Source of the DNA: Opitutales bacterium
Lineage (GTDB): Bacteria > Verrucomicrobiota > Verrucomicrobiia > Opitutales > UBA953
NCBI GenBank assembly: GCA_040398005.1
Contig: JBBAUX010000004.1
Location: forward strand, 66,926-130,925
DNA length: 64,000 nucleotides
Direction: 5' to 3'
Below, piece by piece: positions 1 through 8,843 of the stretch. The notes below the pieces were generated by a model. That model made no database searches and was not told the origin of the DNA. It was given only the letters and a program-made list of their open reading frames with translations. Both the position numbers and the translations under genes were made by a program. How positions within the stretch are numbered: the first letter of the stretch is position 1; each line of letters opens with the position of its first letter.

Positions 1-128
1 GTGGGGGTCGGTTTGTATTTATTTATGTCGTACCGCGAAGATAGTTTGAGACGCGAAGCGATGGCCTCACACGCGGGAGAGGATAATATTAAAAGATAAT
101 TGTGCTACGACTCGATGGTGCCGCGAAT

Positions 129-926
129 CTAAACACCTTTGCGTAGTCGCTTTAAGACCGTGGCGAAGTCGGTGGGCAAGGGCGCTTCAATTTCAAATGC
201 TTTACCATCCACGACTCCTTCGACTTTTTGTAGATGAAGGAGTAAGCAGCGATGGAGGGGATGATCTTCGCCTTTATTGATTCTTCCGCGTCTGACGGTG
301 TCGGCTAAAGTAATTCGACCCGTGCGTTCATAGTTTAATTCACCGGCGATTTTAATTCCGCACTCATGGGCGTGGATGCGTATTTGATCGCGTCGAGGGT
401 AACGGGTTTTTGCCGTCCACTGTCGCCAGCCATTAAAAACTTCCCCGCCGATGAAATCGGTCTCTGCTTGTTTCCCGCGGTGACTAGAGATAAAGGCCCG
501 CCTGCGGGTATCATCCATGCCAATCGATAAATCGCACACCCCGCCTTCGTTAGGAGCGTCTTCATTTTTAGCCATGAGCGTATAGGTGAATTGTAGTTGA
601 AAAGACCCCAGAGCGTCACGCCACGCAGCTAAAGTGCTGGCGCGATCGGCGACCACGGCCACTCCCGAGACTTCGGGTTCAGGTCCGAAAGCTGAAGCAG
701 GTTCTTGTAAACCCAATCGCACGATTTCGGGTTTACCCATTTCGAGTTGTGAGCGAATGGCCCCAATCAAATGCGTTTCTCCGTTTTGCCACGGATGGTC
801 GTCGAAAGGAATTTGCCCAGGTTTAGAAATCGCGAACCAACCCTCGCCTTGTTGCAGGATATCGAGTCGCAAGGCTTCCTCGCCAAAGAGTCCGCTAGGA
901 AATCCGATGGAGAGAGGCTTGGTCAT
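129..926 (-). CDS. RluA-family pseudouridine synthase-like protein, degenerate active site
   Basis: Motif I-like ISKPG, motif III-like RRDQIRIH and IAGELNY, LLLH and C-terminal APLP.DF. The HRLD motif is replaced by FGPE(PEVSG). Confidence 0.7.
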   Translation of the reverse strand: MTKPLSIGFPSGLFGEEALRLDILQQGEGWFAISKPGQIPFDDHPWQNGETHLIGAIRSQLEMGKPEIVRLGLQEPASAFGPEPEVSGVAVVADRASTLAAWRDALGSFQLQFTYTLMAKNEDAPNEGGVCDLSIGMDDTRRRAFISSHRGKQAETDFIGGEVFNGWRQWTAKTRYPRRDQIRIHAHECGIKIAGELNYERTGRITLADTVRRGRINKGEDHPLHRCLLLHLQKVEGVVDGKAFEIEAPLPTDFATVLKRLRKGV

Positions 927-935
927 AATTAAAAT

Positions 936-971
936 AAAAAACCCCGACGTCGTGAAGACGGCGGGGTTTTT
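936..971. terminator. Intrinsic terminator after rpsT
   Basis: AAAAAACCCCGACGTC-GTGAA-GACGGCGGGGTTTTT hairpin with A/T tails. Confidence 0.75.
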
Positions 972-989
972 AGGAAAAACTTTAAATCA

Positions 990-1235
990 CTATTTTTTAG
1001 CAGCCGCTAATTTCTTCGCGAGGCGAGCCTTGATACGATTAGCCTTATTGCGATGAATCACGCCGGACTTAACTGCTTTGTCGGCAGCTGAGGCAACGAG
1101 TGAGGCGACTGCGGCGGGTGCGCCAGCAGTGAAACCTTTAACGAGGGATTTCAGACGGGTGCGGACGATCTTATTACGAGCGGCGCGAGCGGCGGTCTGA
1201 CGGACGCTCTTTTTGTTAGCTTTGATGTTGGCCAT
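990..1235 (-). CDS. rpsT: 30S ribosomal protein S20
   Basis: MANIKANKKSVRQ...KSGVIHRNKANRIKARL, 81 aa, basic. Confidence 0.95.
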   Translation of the reverse strand: MANIKANKKSVRQTAARAARNKIVRTRLKSLVKGFTAGAPAAVASLVASAADKAVKSGVIHRNKANRIKARLAKKLAAAKK

Positions 1236-1326
1236 GTGAAGTATTAGGGAAGCCGTGGCTAGCCCTCGGAGTCAACGCGGATTTAATCAAAATACCCGCT
1301 TTCTTCGGGGGCTTTGAAATTCCTGC

Positions 1327-1413
1327 TGGTGGAAGGGGTGGGATTCGAACCCACGAACAGCGAAGCTGAACGGATTTACAGTCCGCGACCTTTAGCCACT
1401 TGGATACCCTTCC
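1327..1413 (-). tRNA. tRNA-Tyr(GTA)
   Basis: GGAAGGG/CCCTTCC acceptor stem, anticodon loop CTGTAAA, long variable arm, GGTTCGAATCC, ends ACCA. Confidence 0.96.
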
Positions 1414-1546
1414 AGACCAGTAGGAAGGGCTTATTTGGCACTCTGGGAGTATGATGACAAGCGCTTTTCGACGTTTTGAACTCTTTTCCTAATAATGTCT
1501 GAAATGGACTAAAAGGCCTTCACTCTTGGGCTGATTTCTTCACTCT

Positions 1547-1939
1547 ATGGCTATGTCGATTAGCCCAGCTATTGTCCTCATTGACGGGGATTGCACGCTC
1601 TGTAATCGAACGATGATTTGGTTTAGTGCTCGAAACCAGAGTAAGCATTTCATTTTTGCCAAAAATGCGGGCGAAGTAGCCCGAATTTTGGGCGAACCTC
1701 CCGGGGGTGACAATGATACGGTGGTCGTTTGGGTTGGCTCTCGTCGATTAGTGCGATCGGCTGCCGTGATTTATCTTTTAAGTAAATCGGACGGCCTTTG
1801 GCCCTGGGTCGGTCTGAGCCTAAAAATTATCCCACGATTCATCCGCGATTTTTTCTACGACGTGGTCGCACGCTCGCGTAGTCGATTAAATTTATCTAAA
1901 GTCTGTCCGTGCTTGAGCCATGATGATCTCGCTGAATAG
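1547..1939 (+). CDS. DCC1-like (DUF393) thiol-disulfide oxidoreductase family protein
   Basis: N-terminal DGDCTLC (DxxCxxC), RSAAV, IPRFIRDFFYDVVARSR. Confidence 0.85.
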   Translation: MAMSISPAIVLIDGDCTLCNRTMIWFSARNQSKHFIFAKNAGEVARILGEPPGGDNDTVVVWVGSRRLVRSAAVIYLLSKSDGLWPWVGLSLKIIPRFIRDFFYDVVARSRSRLNLSKVCPCLSHDDLAE

Positions 1940-1946
1940 TAAAGCT

Positions 1947-2216
1947 ATGAGATTTTTATTAACGAGCATCGCAGCTTCAGCATTGTTGATGGGTTGCTCC
2001 TCTTATCGCGAACGTTCGGAAAAAGAATCCATCGACCAGATGCACCGTGATAGTGAAGTTCGCCAAACGCGTTTAAAGTCAGGTAGTTCACTCAATGATA
2101 AAGAATATGAAACAGTTTCAGACCGCATGGGTTGGTCGCGTTCCGATGCGCGCGGTTTACCGCCACCTCCGACGACTGAAGAATTAGAGAAAAAAGTTAA
2201 AGCCGCTAATCCCTAA
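1947..2216 (+). CDS. Small putative lipoprotein
   Basis: From ATG 1947: MRFLLTSIAASALLMGC lipobox. The stop overlaps the start of the next gene. Confidence 0.7.
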   Translation: MRFLLTSIAASALLMGCSSYRERSEKESIDQMHRDSEVRQTRLKSGSSLNDKEYETVSDRMGWSRSDARGLPPPPTTEELEKKVKAANP

Positions 2217-3139
2217 TGTTTTTGTATGTGTTAAAAAGGCTGGCGGAAATGGTTCCTGTTCTCCTGCTGGTCGTCATTGCCACTTTTTTCTTAGCTCATG
2301 CCGTGCCGGGTGGGCCCTTCGATAAGGAACGTCCGCTGCCGCCCGAAGTGAAACTACGTCTCGAAGCTTATTATGGTTTGGATCAGCCCCTGGTTATCCA
2401 ACTTAAGAACTATATTAAAAACTTATTACAGGGAGATTTAGGGCCTTCGCTGAAATACCCAGGATGGACGGTGAATGAAATTATTGGATCAAGAATCCCT
2501 GTTTCTCTTATTTTAGGAACCGTCTCAATTATCTTGGCAGTCTTGATTGGAATACCGGTGGGAGTTTTAGCTTCGTCGTACCCTAATTCTTCCTTAGACC
2601 GTGTGCCGATGGGCTTTGCCTTATTAGGAATCTGCTTACCGGCATTTGTTTTAGGTCCGATTCTTTCTTTATTATTTTCAAAAACTTTAGGTTGGCTTCC
2701 TCCTTGTGGCTGGGGTTCACCCATTCACTTGGTTTTACCTGCGTTGACTTTAGGTTTAATTACCGCCGCACCTTTGGCGCGTCTGACGCGCGGTGAGTTA
2801 TTGGAAGTGGGCCAACTAGATTATATTCGCACCGCAAAGGCCAAAGGCATTTCGCCTTTCCGTGTAAGATTCATTCACGTTTTAAGAAATGGCATTCTGC
2901 CGGTGGTGACTTACCTGGGTCCAGCGACTGCCGCCTTAGTTTCCGGAACTTTCGTAGTAGAATCCTTATTCGATGTGCCTGGCTTGGGACGTTTATTTGT
3001 GACCGCGATTATTAACCGCGACATCACGCTTATCTTGGGGACCACTTTAATTTACGCCGTGGCGTTGTTGGTCTTAAACTTAATTGCCGACTTGGTTAAA
3101 GCGGCGCTCGATCCGCGCTTATTGCGCAAAAACACATGA
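2216..3139 (+). CDS. oppB: Oligopeptide ABC transporter permease OppB
   Basis: VPGGPF, YGLDQPL, GDLGPS, DYIRTAKAKG, VESLFDVPGLG. Confidence 0.9.
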   Translation: MFLYVLKRLAEMVPVLLLVVIATFFLAHAVPGGPFDKERPLPPEVKLRLEAYYGLDQPLVIQLKNYIKNLLQGDLGPSLKYPGWTVNEIIGSRIPVSLILGTVSIILAVLIGIPVGVLASSYPNSSLDRVPMGFALLGICLPAFVLGPILSLLFSKTLGWLPPCGWGSPIHLVLPALTLGLITAAPLARLTRGELLEVGQLDYIRTAKAKGISPFRVRFIHVLRNGILPVVTYLGPATAALVSGTFVVESLFDVPGLGRLFVTAIINRDITLILGTTLIYAVALLVLNLIADLVKAALDPRLLRKNT

Positions 3140-3999
3140 GTGAATTAGCCCTAGATACGGCGGCACCCGCGACTCTTTGGCAGAGATTCACGCGAAAGTC
3201 GTTACCGCTTTTGGCCTTAGGTTTCTTGGTGATTTTAGCGACCGTCTGCTTTCTTTCTCCGTGGATTTCGCCCTACGATTATAAATCACAAAATTTATTA
3301 TTAGGCCCCACCAGTCCGTCCGCTCAACATTGGTTTGGGACGGATTTATTAGGTCGTGATTTATTGTCCCGCGTTCTGCAAGGTGGCTTAATCTCGATTA
3401 CCGTTGGTTTGATTGCTACGCTGGTCGCCTTATTCGTCGGAGTGATTTATGGCATCGTGGCAGCGGAGCTGGGTGGTCGCTTCGAAGATCTTTCGATGCG
3501 GGTGATTGATATCATCAGCACGCTTCCGTTAACCCTGATTGTGGTTTTATGTACGGTCGTTTTTGGACAAAATATTTGGCTAATCTTTTTGGCGGTGGGT
3601 GGAGTCTCTTGGCTGACGATGGCACGCATTATTTGCACGAAGACGCGTCAGCTGAAGAGCCGGCAATTTGTCGATGCCTCGGTCGCTTTAGGTCAATCCC
3701 GACTAGGAATTATTTTACATCATTATCTTCCCAACCTTGCGGGCACCATCGCCGTTTACGCGACGCTGACGATTCCGAATGTATTAATGCTCGAAGCCTT
3801 TGTGAGCTTCTTGGGCTTGGGTGTTAAGGCGCCCATGACATCGTGGGGTTTATTAATTAAAGAAGGCACGGATGTGATGGAGCAGTGTCCTTGGCTTTTA
3901 ATTATCCCTGCCACCACTTTTGCTCTATCACTGCTTTCGCTGAGTTATTTAGGTGATGGCTTGCGCGATGCTTTTGACCCGCGTAGTAATAAAAATTAA
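3136..3999 (+). CDS. oppC: Oligopeptide ABC transporter permease OppC
   Basis: HWFGTDLLGRDLLSR, SFLGLGV, GDGLRDAFDP; ATGA overlap with oppB. Confidence 0.9.
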   Translation: MSELALDTAAPATLWQRFTRKSLPLLALGFLVILATVCFLSPWISPYDYKSQNLLLGPTSPSAQHWFGTDLLGRDLLSRVLQGGLISITVGLIATLVALFVGVIYGIVAAELGGRFEDLSMRVIDIISTLPLTLIVVLCTVVFGQNIWLIFLAVGGVSWLTMARIICTKTRQLKSRQFVDASVALGQSRLGIILHHYLPNLAGTIAVYATLTIPNVLMLEAFVSFLGLGVKAPMTSWGLLIKEGTDVMEQCPWLLIIPATTFALSLLSLSYLGDGLRDAFDPRSNKN

Positions 4000-4001
4000 T
4001 C

Positions 4002-4265
4002 ATGCCCCTTCGACGTTATATCGTGATTAAGTCTGACGGTTCAGAGGGTCAGGAGTTTGAAGTAGATTTACCGAAGGATGCGCCCGACTTCACTTTGCAT
4101 CCCGTGACCAAGGAGCCCTGTCGTCGGGTGATTGATTCACCCAGTCTAACCATTAAGTATGGTGAAGGTGCGATGAAACAATCTGTCTCTGACGAAAAAT
4201 TGCGCCAAGCCGGTTTTCAGAAATTAGAAAAAGACGGCGAAGGTGGATGGAACAAAATTAATTAA
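4002..4265 (+). CDS. FmdB-like small protein lacking the zinc-ribbon cysteines
   Basis: MPLRRY...QEFEV...LHPVTKEPCRRVIDSP follows the FmdB layout without CxxC pairs. Confidence 0.6.
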   Translation: MPLRRYIVIKSDGSEGQEFEVDLPKDAPDFTLHPVTKEPCRRVIDSPSLTIKYGEGAMKQSVSDEKLRQAGFQKLEKDGEGGWNKIN

Positions 4266-4344
4266 CCCCTAAAACGAAACGCCCCGCGGTTGGGCGGGGC
4301 GAGACGTCGTCAGGGTGAGGCGTTTCCGCCGTTGAAAAATTTAC

Positions 4345-4599
4345 TTAAGCTTTGGTCGTCGCGCGTGCGCGTTTGACCAGTGACTTAGCGGTGTCGGAAG
4401 GCTGAGCTCCGAGTTTGATCCAATGATCAACGCGTTCGACGTTGATCACGAGAGGGATGGCTTTGCCGCGTGCGCTTGGGTTGTAGTGACCCAAGACTTC
4501 AACGAAGCGACCGTCGCGACGGATGTGTTGTTCGGCCACAACGAGACGATAGGTCGGCTCGTTTTTGGTTCCGAAGCGTTGGAGGCGAATGCGTAACAT
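4345..4599 (-). CDS. rpsP: 30S ribosomal protein S16
   Basis: MLRIRLQRFG...RDGRFVEVLGHYNP...GAQPSDT. Confidence 0.96.
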   Translation of the reverse strand: MLRIRLQRFGTKNEPTYRLVVAEQHIRRDGRFVEVLGHYNPSARGKAIPLVINVERVDHWIKLGAQPSDTAKSLVKRARATTKA

Positions 4600-4833
4600 A
4601 AATAAGGAGAAGGTGAGAGAAGGCCTAACTTGGGTTTAGCCAAAAGAGGAAAGAGAAAAAACGCAGGCGGAGGGAGGGGAGTCAAGCCTGCACCTCCCAA
4701 ACTGTGCTAATTTATTTAAGGAGTTATTCACGATTTAACTAAAAACACGATTTAAGTGCCTAATAATGAACGGCTTCATTCGCTTGAAGTCGCTCATTTA
4801 AATTAGTCCATCGGGCAGAATCGGTTGAAATAT

Positions 4834-4860
4834 AAAAAAACCCGCCAGAGCGGGTCTTTT
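4834..4860. terminator. Intrinsic terminator after rplS
   Basis: AAAAAAACCCGC-CAGA-GCGGGTCTTTT. Confidence 0.7.
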
Positions 4861-4878
4861 AAAGTTAATCGAAAACGA

Positions 4879-5268
4879 TTACTTAGCAACGGTTTCAGCC
4901 GATGGATCGTAACGCTTTTCTTTAACCTTGGTCGCGGACTTACCTTGGCGACCACGGAGATAGTAGAGACGAGCCTTCATGACTTGTGATACGCGTTCGA
5001 CTTCGATTTTTTCGATGTTCGGAGAGTGAACTGGGAAAGTACGTTCAACGCCTTCGCCGAAAGATACGCGGCGAACGGTGAAGGTCTCTTGAACGTTACC
5101 ACCCTTGCGGGAGATTACGATACCTGAGAAAACCTGCGTGCGCTCTTTGTCGCCTTCGCGAACTTTGGTGGAGACGCGTACGCCGTCACCGACTTTAAAT
5201 GTGTCGTGACCGCGGTTAGCTTTAAGTTGCGACTGGGTCGCGAAGTGGAGGAGGGGATGGTTGCTCAT
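4879..5268 (-). CDS. rplS: 50S ribosomal protein L19
   Basis: FKVGDGVRV...[21 protein letters not shown]...ARLYYLR. Start moved to MSNHP so it does not overlap trmD. Confidence 0.95.
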   Translation of the reverse strand: MSNHPLLHFATQSQLKANRGHDTFKVGDGVRVSTKVREGDKERTQVFSGIVISRKGGNVQETFTVRRVSFGEGVERTFPVHSPNIEKIEVERVSQVMKARLYYLRGRQGKSATKVKEKRYDPSAETVAK

Positions 5269-5276
5269 GGCTAGTT

Positions 5277-5957
5277 TTATTTGTCTTCCAGTAGGTCCGG
5301 TCTTCGTTGCTTTGTCTTCTCGATTTGCTTTGTCCGACGCCATTTTTCGATTTCGGCGTGGTGGCCTCCGAGGAGGACCGGGGGCACTTCGAGACCATCA
5401 TAAACAGCGGGTCTAGTGTACTGCGGAAAGGCGAGCAACTTGCCGTTGTAGCTATCCCCAGTCAAGGAGTTTTCCTCACCAAGTACCCCGGGGATCTGCC
5501 GACCGACACAATCGACCACAATACAGGCCGGAAGGGTGCCATTGGTTAACACGTAGTCCCCCACCGATATTTCACGGGTAACGCGGGCATCCCGGAAGCG
5601 CTGGTCGATACCCTCGTAGTGGCCAGAAACGAGGATTAAGTGGGACTTCTTGGCTAATTCGCGGGCTAAATCGTTGGTCAGTTGCTCGCCATCGGGGCAA
5701 AGGTAGATGATTTCGGCCCCAGGGGTGGCCAGGCCATCCACGGCATCAAACAGGGGCTGGCAGGTCATTAACATGCCGGGACCCCCGCCGTAAGGGACAT
5801 CGTCCACTTTGTGATGTTTATCTTTCGACCAGTCGCGAAGGTTATGGGCTTTGAACTCAATCAGCCCTGTTTCAATGGCACGACCAATGACCGATTCCTG
5901 CAAGAAGCCGTTGGCCATTGCAGGGAAGAGAGTGATGAGATCGATGCGCACAGCCAT
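5277..5957 (-). CDS. trmD: tRNA (guanine37-N1)-methyltransferase
   Basis: [39 protein letters not shown]. Confidence 0.96.
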   Translation of the reverse strand: MAVRIDLITLFPAMANGFLQESVIGRAIETGLIEFKAHNLRDWSKDKHHKVDDVPYGGGPGMLMTCQPLFDAVDGLATPGAEIIYLCPDGEQLTNDLARELAKKSHLILVSGHYEGIDQRFRDARVTREISVGDYVLTNGTLPACIVVDCVGRQIPGVLGEENSLTGDSYNGKLLAFPQYTRPAVYDGLEVPPVLLGGHHAEIEKWRRTKQIEKTKQRRPDLLEDK

Positions 5958-6138
5958 ACGATTGAATACACTAACCACGAATAGCCCTCACAGTGCAAGA
6001 CGTGGATTTGATTAAATTTTAAAGTGTTTAAATTAAGAGAGAAAGTAGCCAATTAGTTTGTGGATTTATAAAGATTTAGGAATTTGACCCTTTCACCTTC
6101 TCCCTTCCTCCTCTTCATTATCCCAATAATTCAATTTA

Positions 6139-7629
6139 ATGCCTTCGCCTTTCGATAATCTTTTGCCGCGTTACGATGCCGTCGTGATTGGCGCTGGTTT
6201 AGGTGGAATGACCGCCGCTAATAATTTAGCGAAATTTGGTCGAAAGGTTTTATTGGTTGAGCACCACTATCAATTAGGTGGATTGGCGACATTCTTCAAA
6301 CGCGCGGGTGGACATATTTTTGATATTTCTCTGCACGGCTTTCCCCACGGCATGATTAAGTCCACTCGACGTTATTGGTCGAAGGAGATTTCGGATAAGA
6401 TTCATCAACTCAAAGATGTTCGCTTTATTAATCCCGATTTCGACGTCCGTACCACTTTCGACCGCGTTGATTTTACGCGTATCATGATCGAGCAATTTAG
6501 AATCTCCGCAGAAACAGTGGAGGCATTTTTTGCTCATTTAAGAGAGATGAATTATTACGATAACGATCCGCGCACCACGCGAGAGTTGTTTGAGCAGTTC
6601 TTCCCGGGTCGACCTGATGTGCAGCGTCTTCTCTTGGAGCCGATTGCTTACGCTAACGGTTCAACTTTAGACGACCCCGCCATTACCTTCGGCATTGTTT
6701 TCTCCAATTTCATGTCCAAGGGCGTCTTTATTTTTCAAGGCGGCACGGACACGATGATTAATATTATGACGGCAGAGATGAAAGCGAATGGCGTAGATAT
6801 TCGCCGTAACGTCTTGGTTGAAAAAGTGGTCGTCGAAAAAGATTCGGCCGGCGTGCGTCGCGTGGTGGGAGTCAAATTGCGCGGTACGCGCCTTGGCGAA
6901 GAAGCTGAAGTCGACTGTGCAACGGTCATATCGAATGCTAATATTAAAGATACGGTTTTAAAACTCAGCGACGCCTCGTCTTTTGATGCGGACTTTTTAG
7001 CCCAAGCTAAAGCGGTCCGTGTGAATACCTCTTCTTGTCAGGTCTACATGGGTATCCGTGAAGGAGAAAGTATTCCGATGATTGGAGATTTAGTTTTCAC
7101 GTCATCGGCCAAACCCTTTTCCAGTCACGAGCTTACGGATTTCCATACAACGTCTCGCACTTATTCGGTTTATTATCCCGACACGCGTCCGCACACCAAG
7201 ACTCCACGCTACGGAGTCGTTACCTCGATTAATCAACGCTGGGAAGATTGGGTAGATTTATCGGAGGCAGATTATCTGACGCATAAAAATCGCGTGATTG
7301 AAGAGTCGTTGGTTGGACTCGAAAAATTTATTCCGGATATTCGTCAAAAGGTTAATCACTTGGAAGCAGCGACCCCGCGCACGGTGAATCGCTATGTCCG
7401 ACATATCGGTGGAACTTCATTTGGAACCAAGTTTGAAGGACTCAAAGTGTCGATGGGCCTACCCGAACAAGTGGCTGGTTTATATCACGCCGGCAGCGTG
7501 GGTATTATTATGTCAGGTTGGCTCGGCACGATTAATTACGGTGTGATTGTTTCCGCCAAGGCCGATTCTTATTTACGCGATCCTTTAGCAAAACCCTTAG
7601 GCGAAGCCGAAGCGAGCGCTGGAGTTTAA
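6139..7629 (+). CDS. Phytoene desaturase-family FAD/NAD(P)-dependent oxidoreductase (paralog 1)
   Basis: GAGLGG Rossmann motif, LLVE...LGG, ATPRT, C-terminal GLYHAG. Confidence 0.8.
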   Translation: MPSPFDNLLPRYDAVVIGAGLGGMTAANNLAKFGRKVLLVEHHYQLGGLATFFKRAGGHIFDISLHGFPHGMIKSTRRYWSKEISDKIHQLKDVRFINPDFDVRTTFDRVDFTRIMIEQFRISAETVEAFFAHLREMNYYDNDPRTTRELFEQFFPGRPDVQRLLLEPIAYANGSTLDDPAITFGIVFSNFMSKGVFIFQGGTDTMINIMTAEMKANGVDIRRNVLVEKVVVEKDSAGVRRVVGVKLRGTRLGEEAEVDCATVISNANIKDTVLKLSDASSFDADFLAQAKAVRVNTSSCQVYMGIREGESIPMIGDLVFTSSAKPFSSHELTDFHTTSRTYSVYYPDTRPHTKTPRYGVVTSINQRWEDWVDLSEADYLTHKNRVIEESLVGLEKFIPDIRQKVNHLEAATPRTVNRYVRHIGGTSFGTKFEGLKVSMGLPEQVAGLYHAGSVGIIMSGWLGTINYGVIVSAKADSYLRDPLAKPLGEAEASAGV

Positions 7630-7630
7630 A

Positions 7631-8734
7631 ATGAATTACCTCACTCTCATACTCATTGGATTAGCTTCGGTCTTGCCCGCGCGTGAACTGACTTTTTATG
7701 TCGGCACTTTAGGGCCCGAAGCAAAAGGCATTTGGCGTGGAACTCTCGATGAGCAGACCGGAAAAATATCCGCCCCTGTTTTACTTGCGGAAATTAAGAA
7801 CGCTTCATTTTTAGCGCTTCGACCTGATGGGCAGACCCTTTATGCGACGACTGAAATGTCTGATGGCTCAGGCGGAGTCGCCGCTTTCAAACTAAATGCT
7901 GATGGCACAGTAAAATTATTAAACTCTCAAACGACGGGAGGAAAAAATTGTAATCACCTCGCGGTGGATGCGACGGGAAAAAATTGTGCCGCTGCTAATT
8001 ACGGTTCGGGTTCGGTGGCTTCTTTGCCCATCAAGGTTGATGGATCACTCGCTGAGTTTAGTACATTCATTCAACATGAGGGTAAAAGTGTTCATCCGAC
8101 GCGTCAGACGAGTCCGCATGCCCACGGAGTTTATTTTGATGCCACCAATCAATTTCTCGCGGTACCCGATTTAGGACTCGATCAAATTAAAGTGTACCGA
8201 TTCGACGCGGATGGCGGAAAACTGAGTCCCGCTGATTCCGTAAGTGCGATTCAGAAACCAGGCGACGCTCCGCGCCATTTAGTTTTTCATCCAACTCAAC
8301 CACGGGCTTATGCTTGCAATGAGTTAGCGCTCACGGTGACGGCTTTTCATTTTGATGTAAAAACGGGTGCGTTAAATCCGTTTCAAGTGATCGACACTTT
8401 ACCTGCCTCAGCTGAACGTAAAGGTGCTTCAACGGCTGAGATATTTTGTAGTCCGAATGGCAAGAATCTTTACGTTTCCAATCGGATTCATGATTCCATC
8501 GCCGTCTACTCGATCGGCACGGATGGTTCGTTGAAATTGATTCAGCATCAAATGAGTGTACCCGCAACCCCTCGCGGATTTGGTCTCTCGCCTGACGGAC
8601 AATGGTTGGTATGTGCTGGGCAAAAATCGGGCACAGTGAACGCCTACCGGATTAATCCCGAGTCGGGCATGCTCACCGACACCCAGCAAGCCGTGAAGGT
8701 TGGGTCGGCTAGTTGCGTTGTTTTTGCCAAATAG
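7631..8734 (+). CDS. Secreted lactonase-family (6-phosphogluconolactonase-like) beta-propeller
   Basis: ANYGSGSV, RQTSPHAH, VPDLGLDQI, GDAPRH, YVSNR, PRGF; signal-like N-terminus. Confidence 0.85.
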   Translation: MNYLTLILIGLASVLPARELTFYVGTLGPEAKGIWRGTLDEQTGKISAPVLLAEIKNASFLALRPDGQTLYATTEMSDGSGGVAAFKLNADGTVKLLNSQTTGGKNCNHLAVDATGKNCAAANYGSGSVASLPIKVDGSLAEFSTFIQHEGKSVHPTRQTSPHAHGVYFDATNQFLAVPDLGLDQIKVYRFDADGGKLSPADSVSAIQKPGDAPRHLVFHPTQPRAYACNELALTVTAFHFDVKTGALNPFQVIDTLPASAERKGASTAEIFCSPNGKNLYVSNRIHDSIAVYSIGTDGSLKLIQHQMSVPATPRGFGLSPDGQWLVCAGQKSGTVNAYRINPESGMLTDTQQAVKVGSASCVVFAK

Positions 8735-8843
8735 GCCGAAATCCCTTCATTGGTTTAATTGGGAGCGCAGTGTTTGGCCAAATAAAGTGGCAACCTTTTG
8801 GCTGGATGAGTGTTATACTAAGTAGCATATTAGCTAACAAATC

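Noticed and set aside
5269..5343. N-terminal extension of L19 overlapping trmD; similar extensions on rplY, amtB copy 2, the OGG-like gene and the vWA gene
   Set aside because: These are longest-ORF artefacts. Downstream ATGs fit the family N-termini and the promoter positions.
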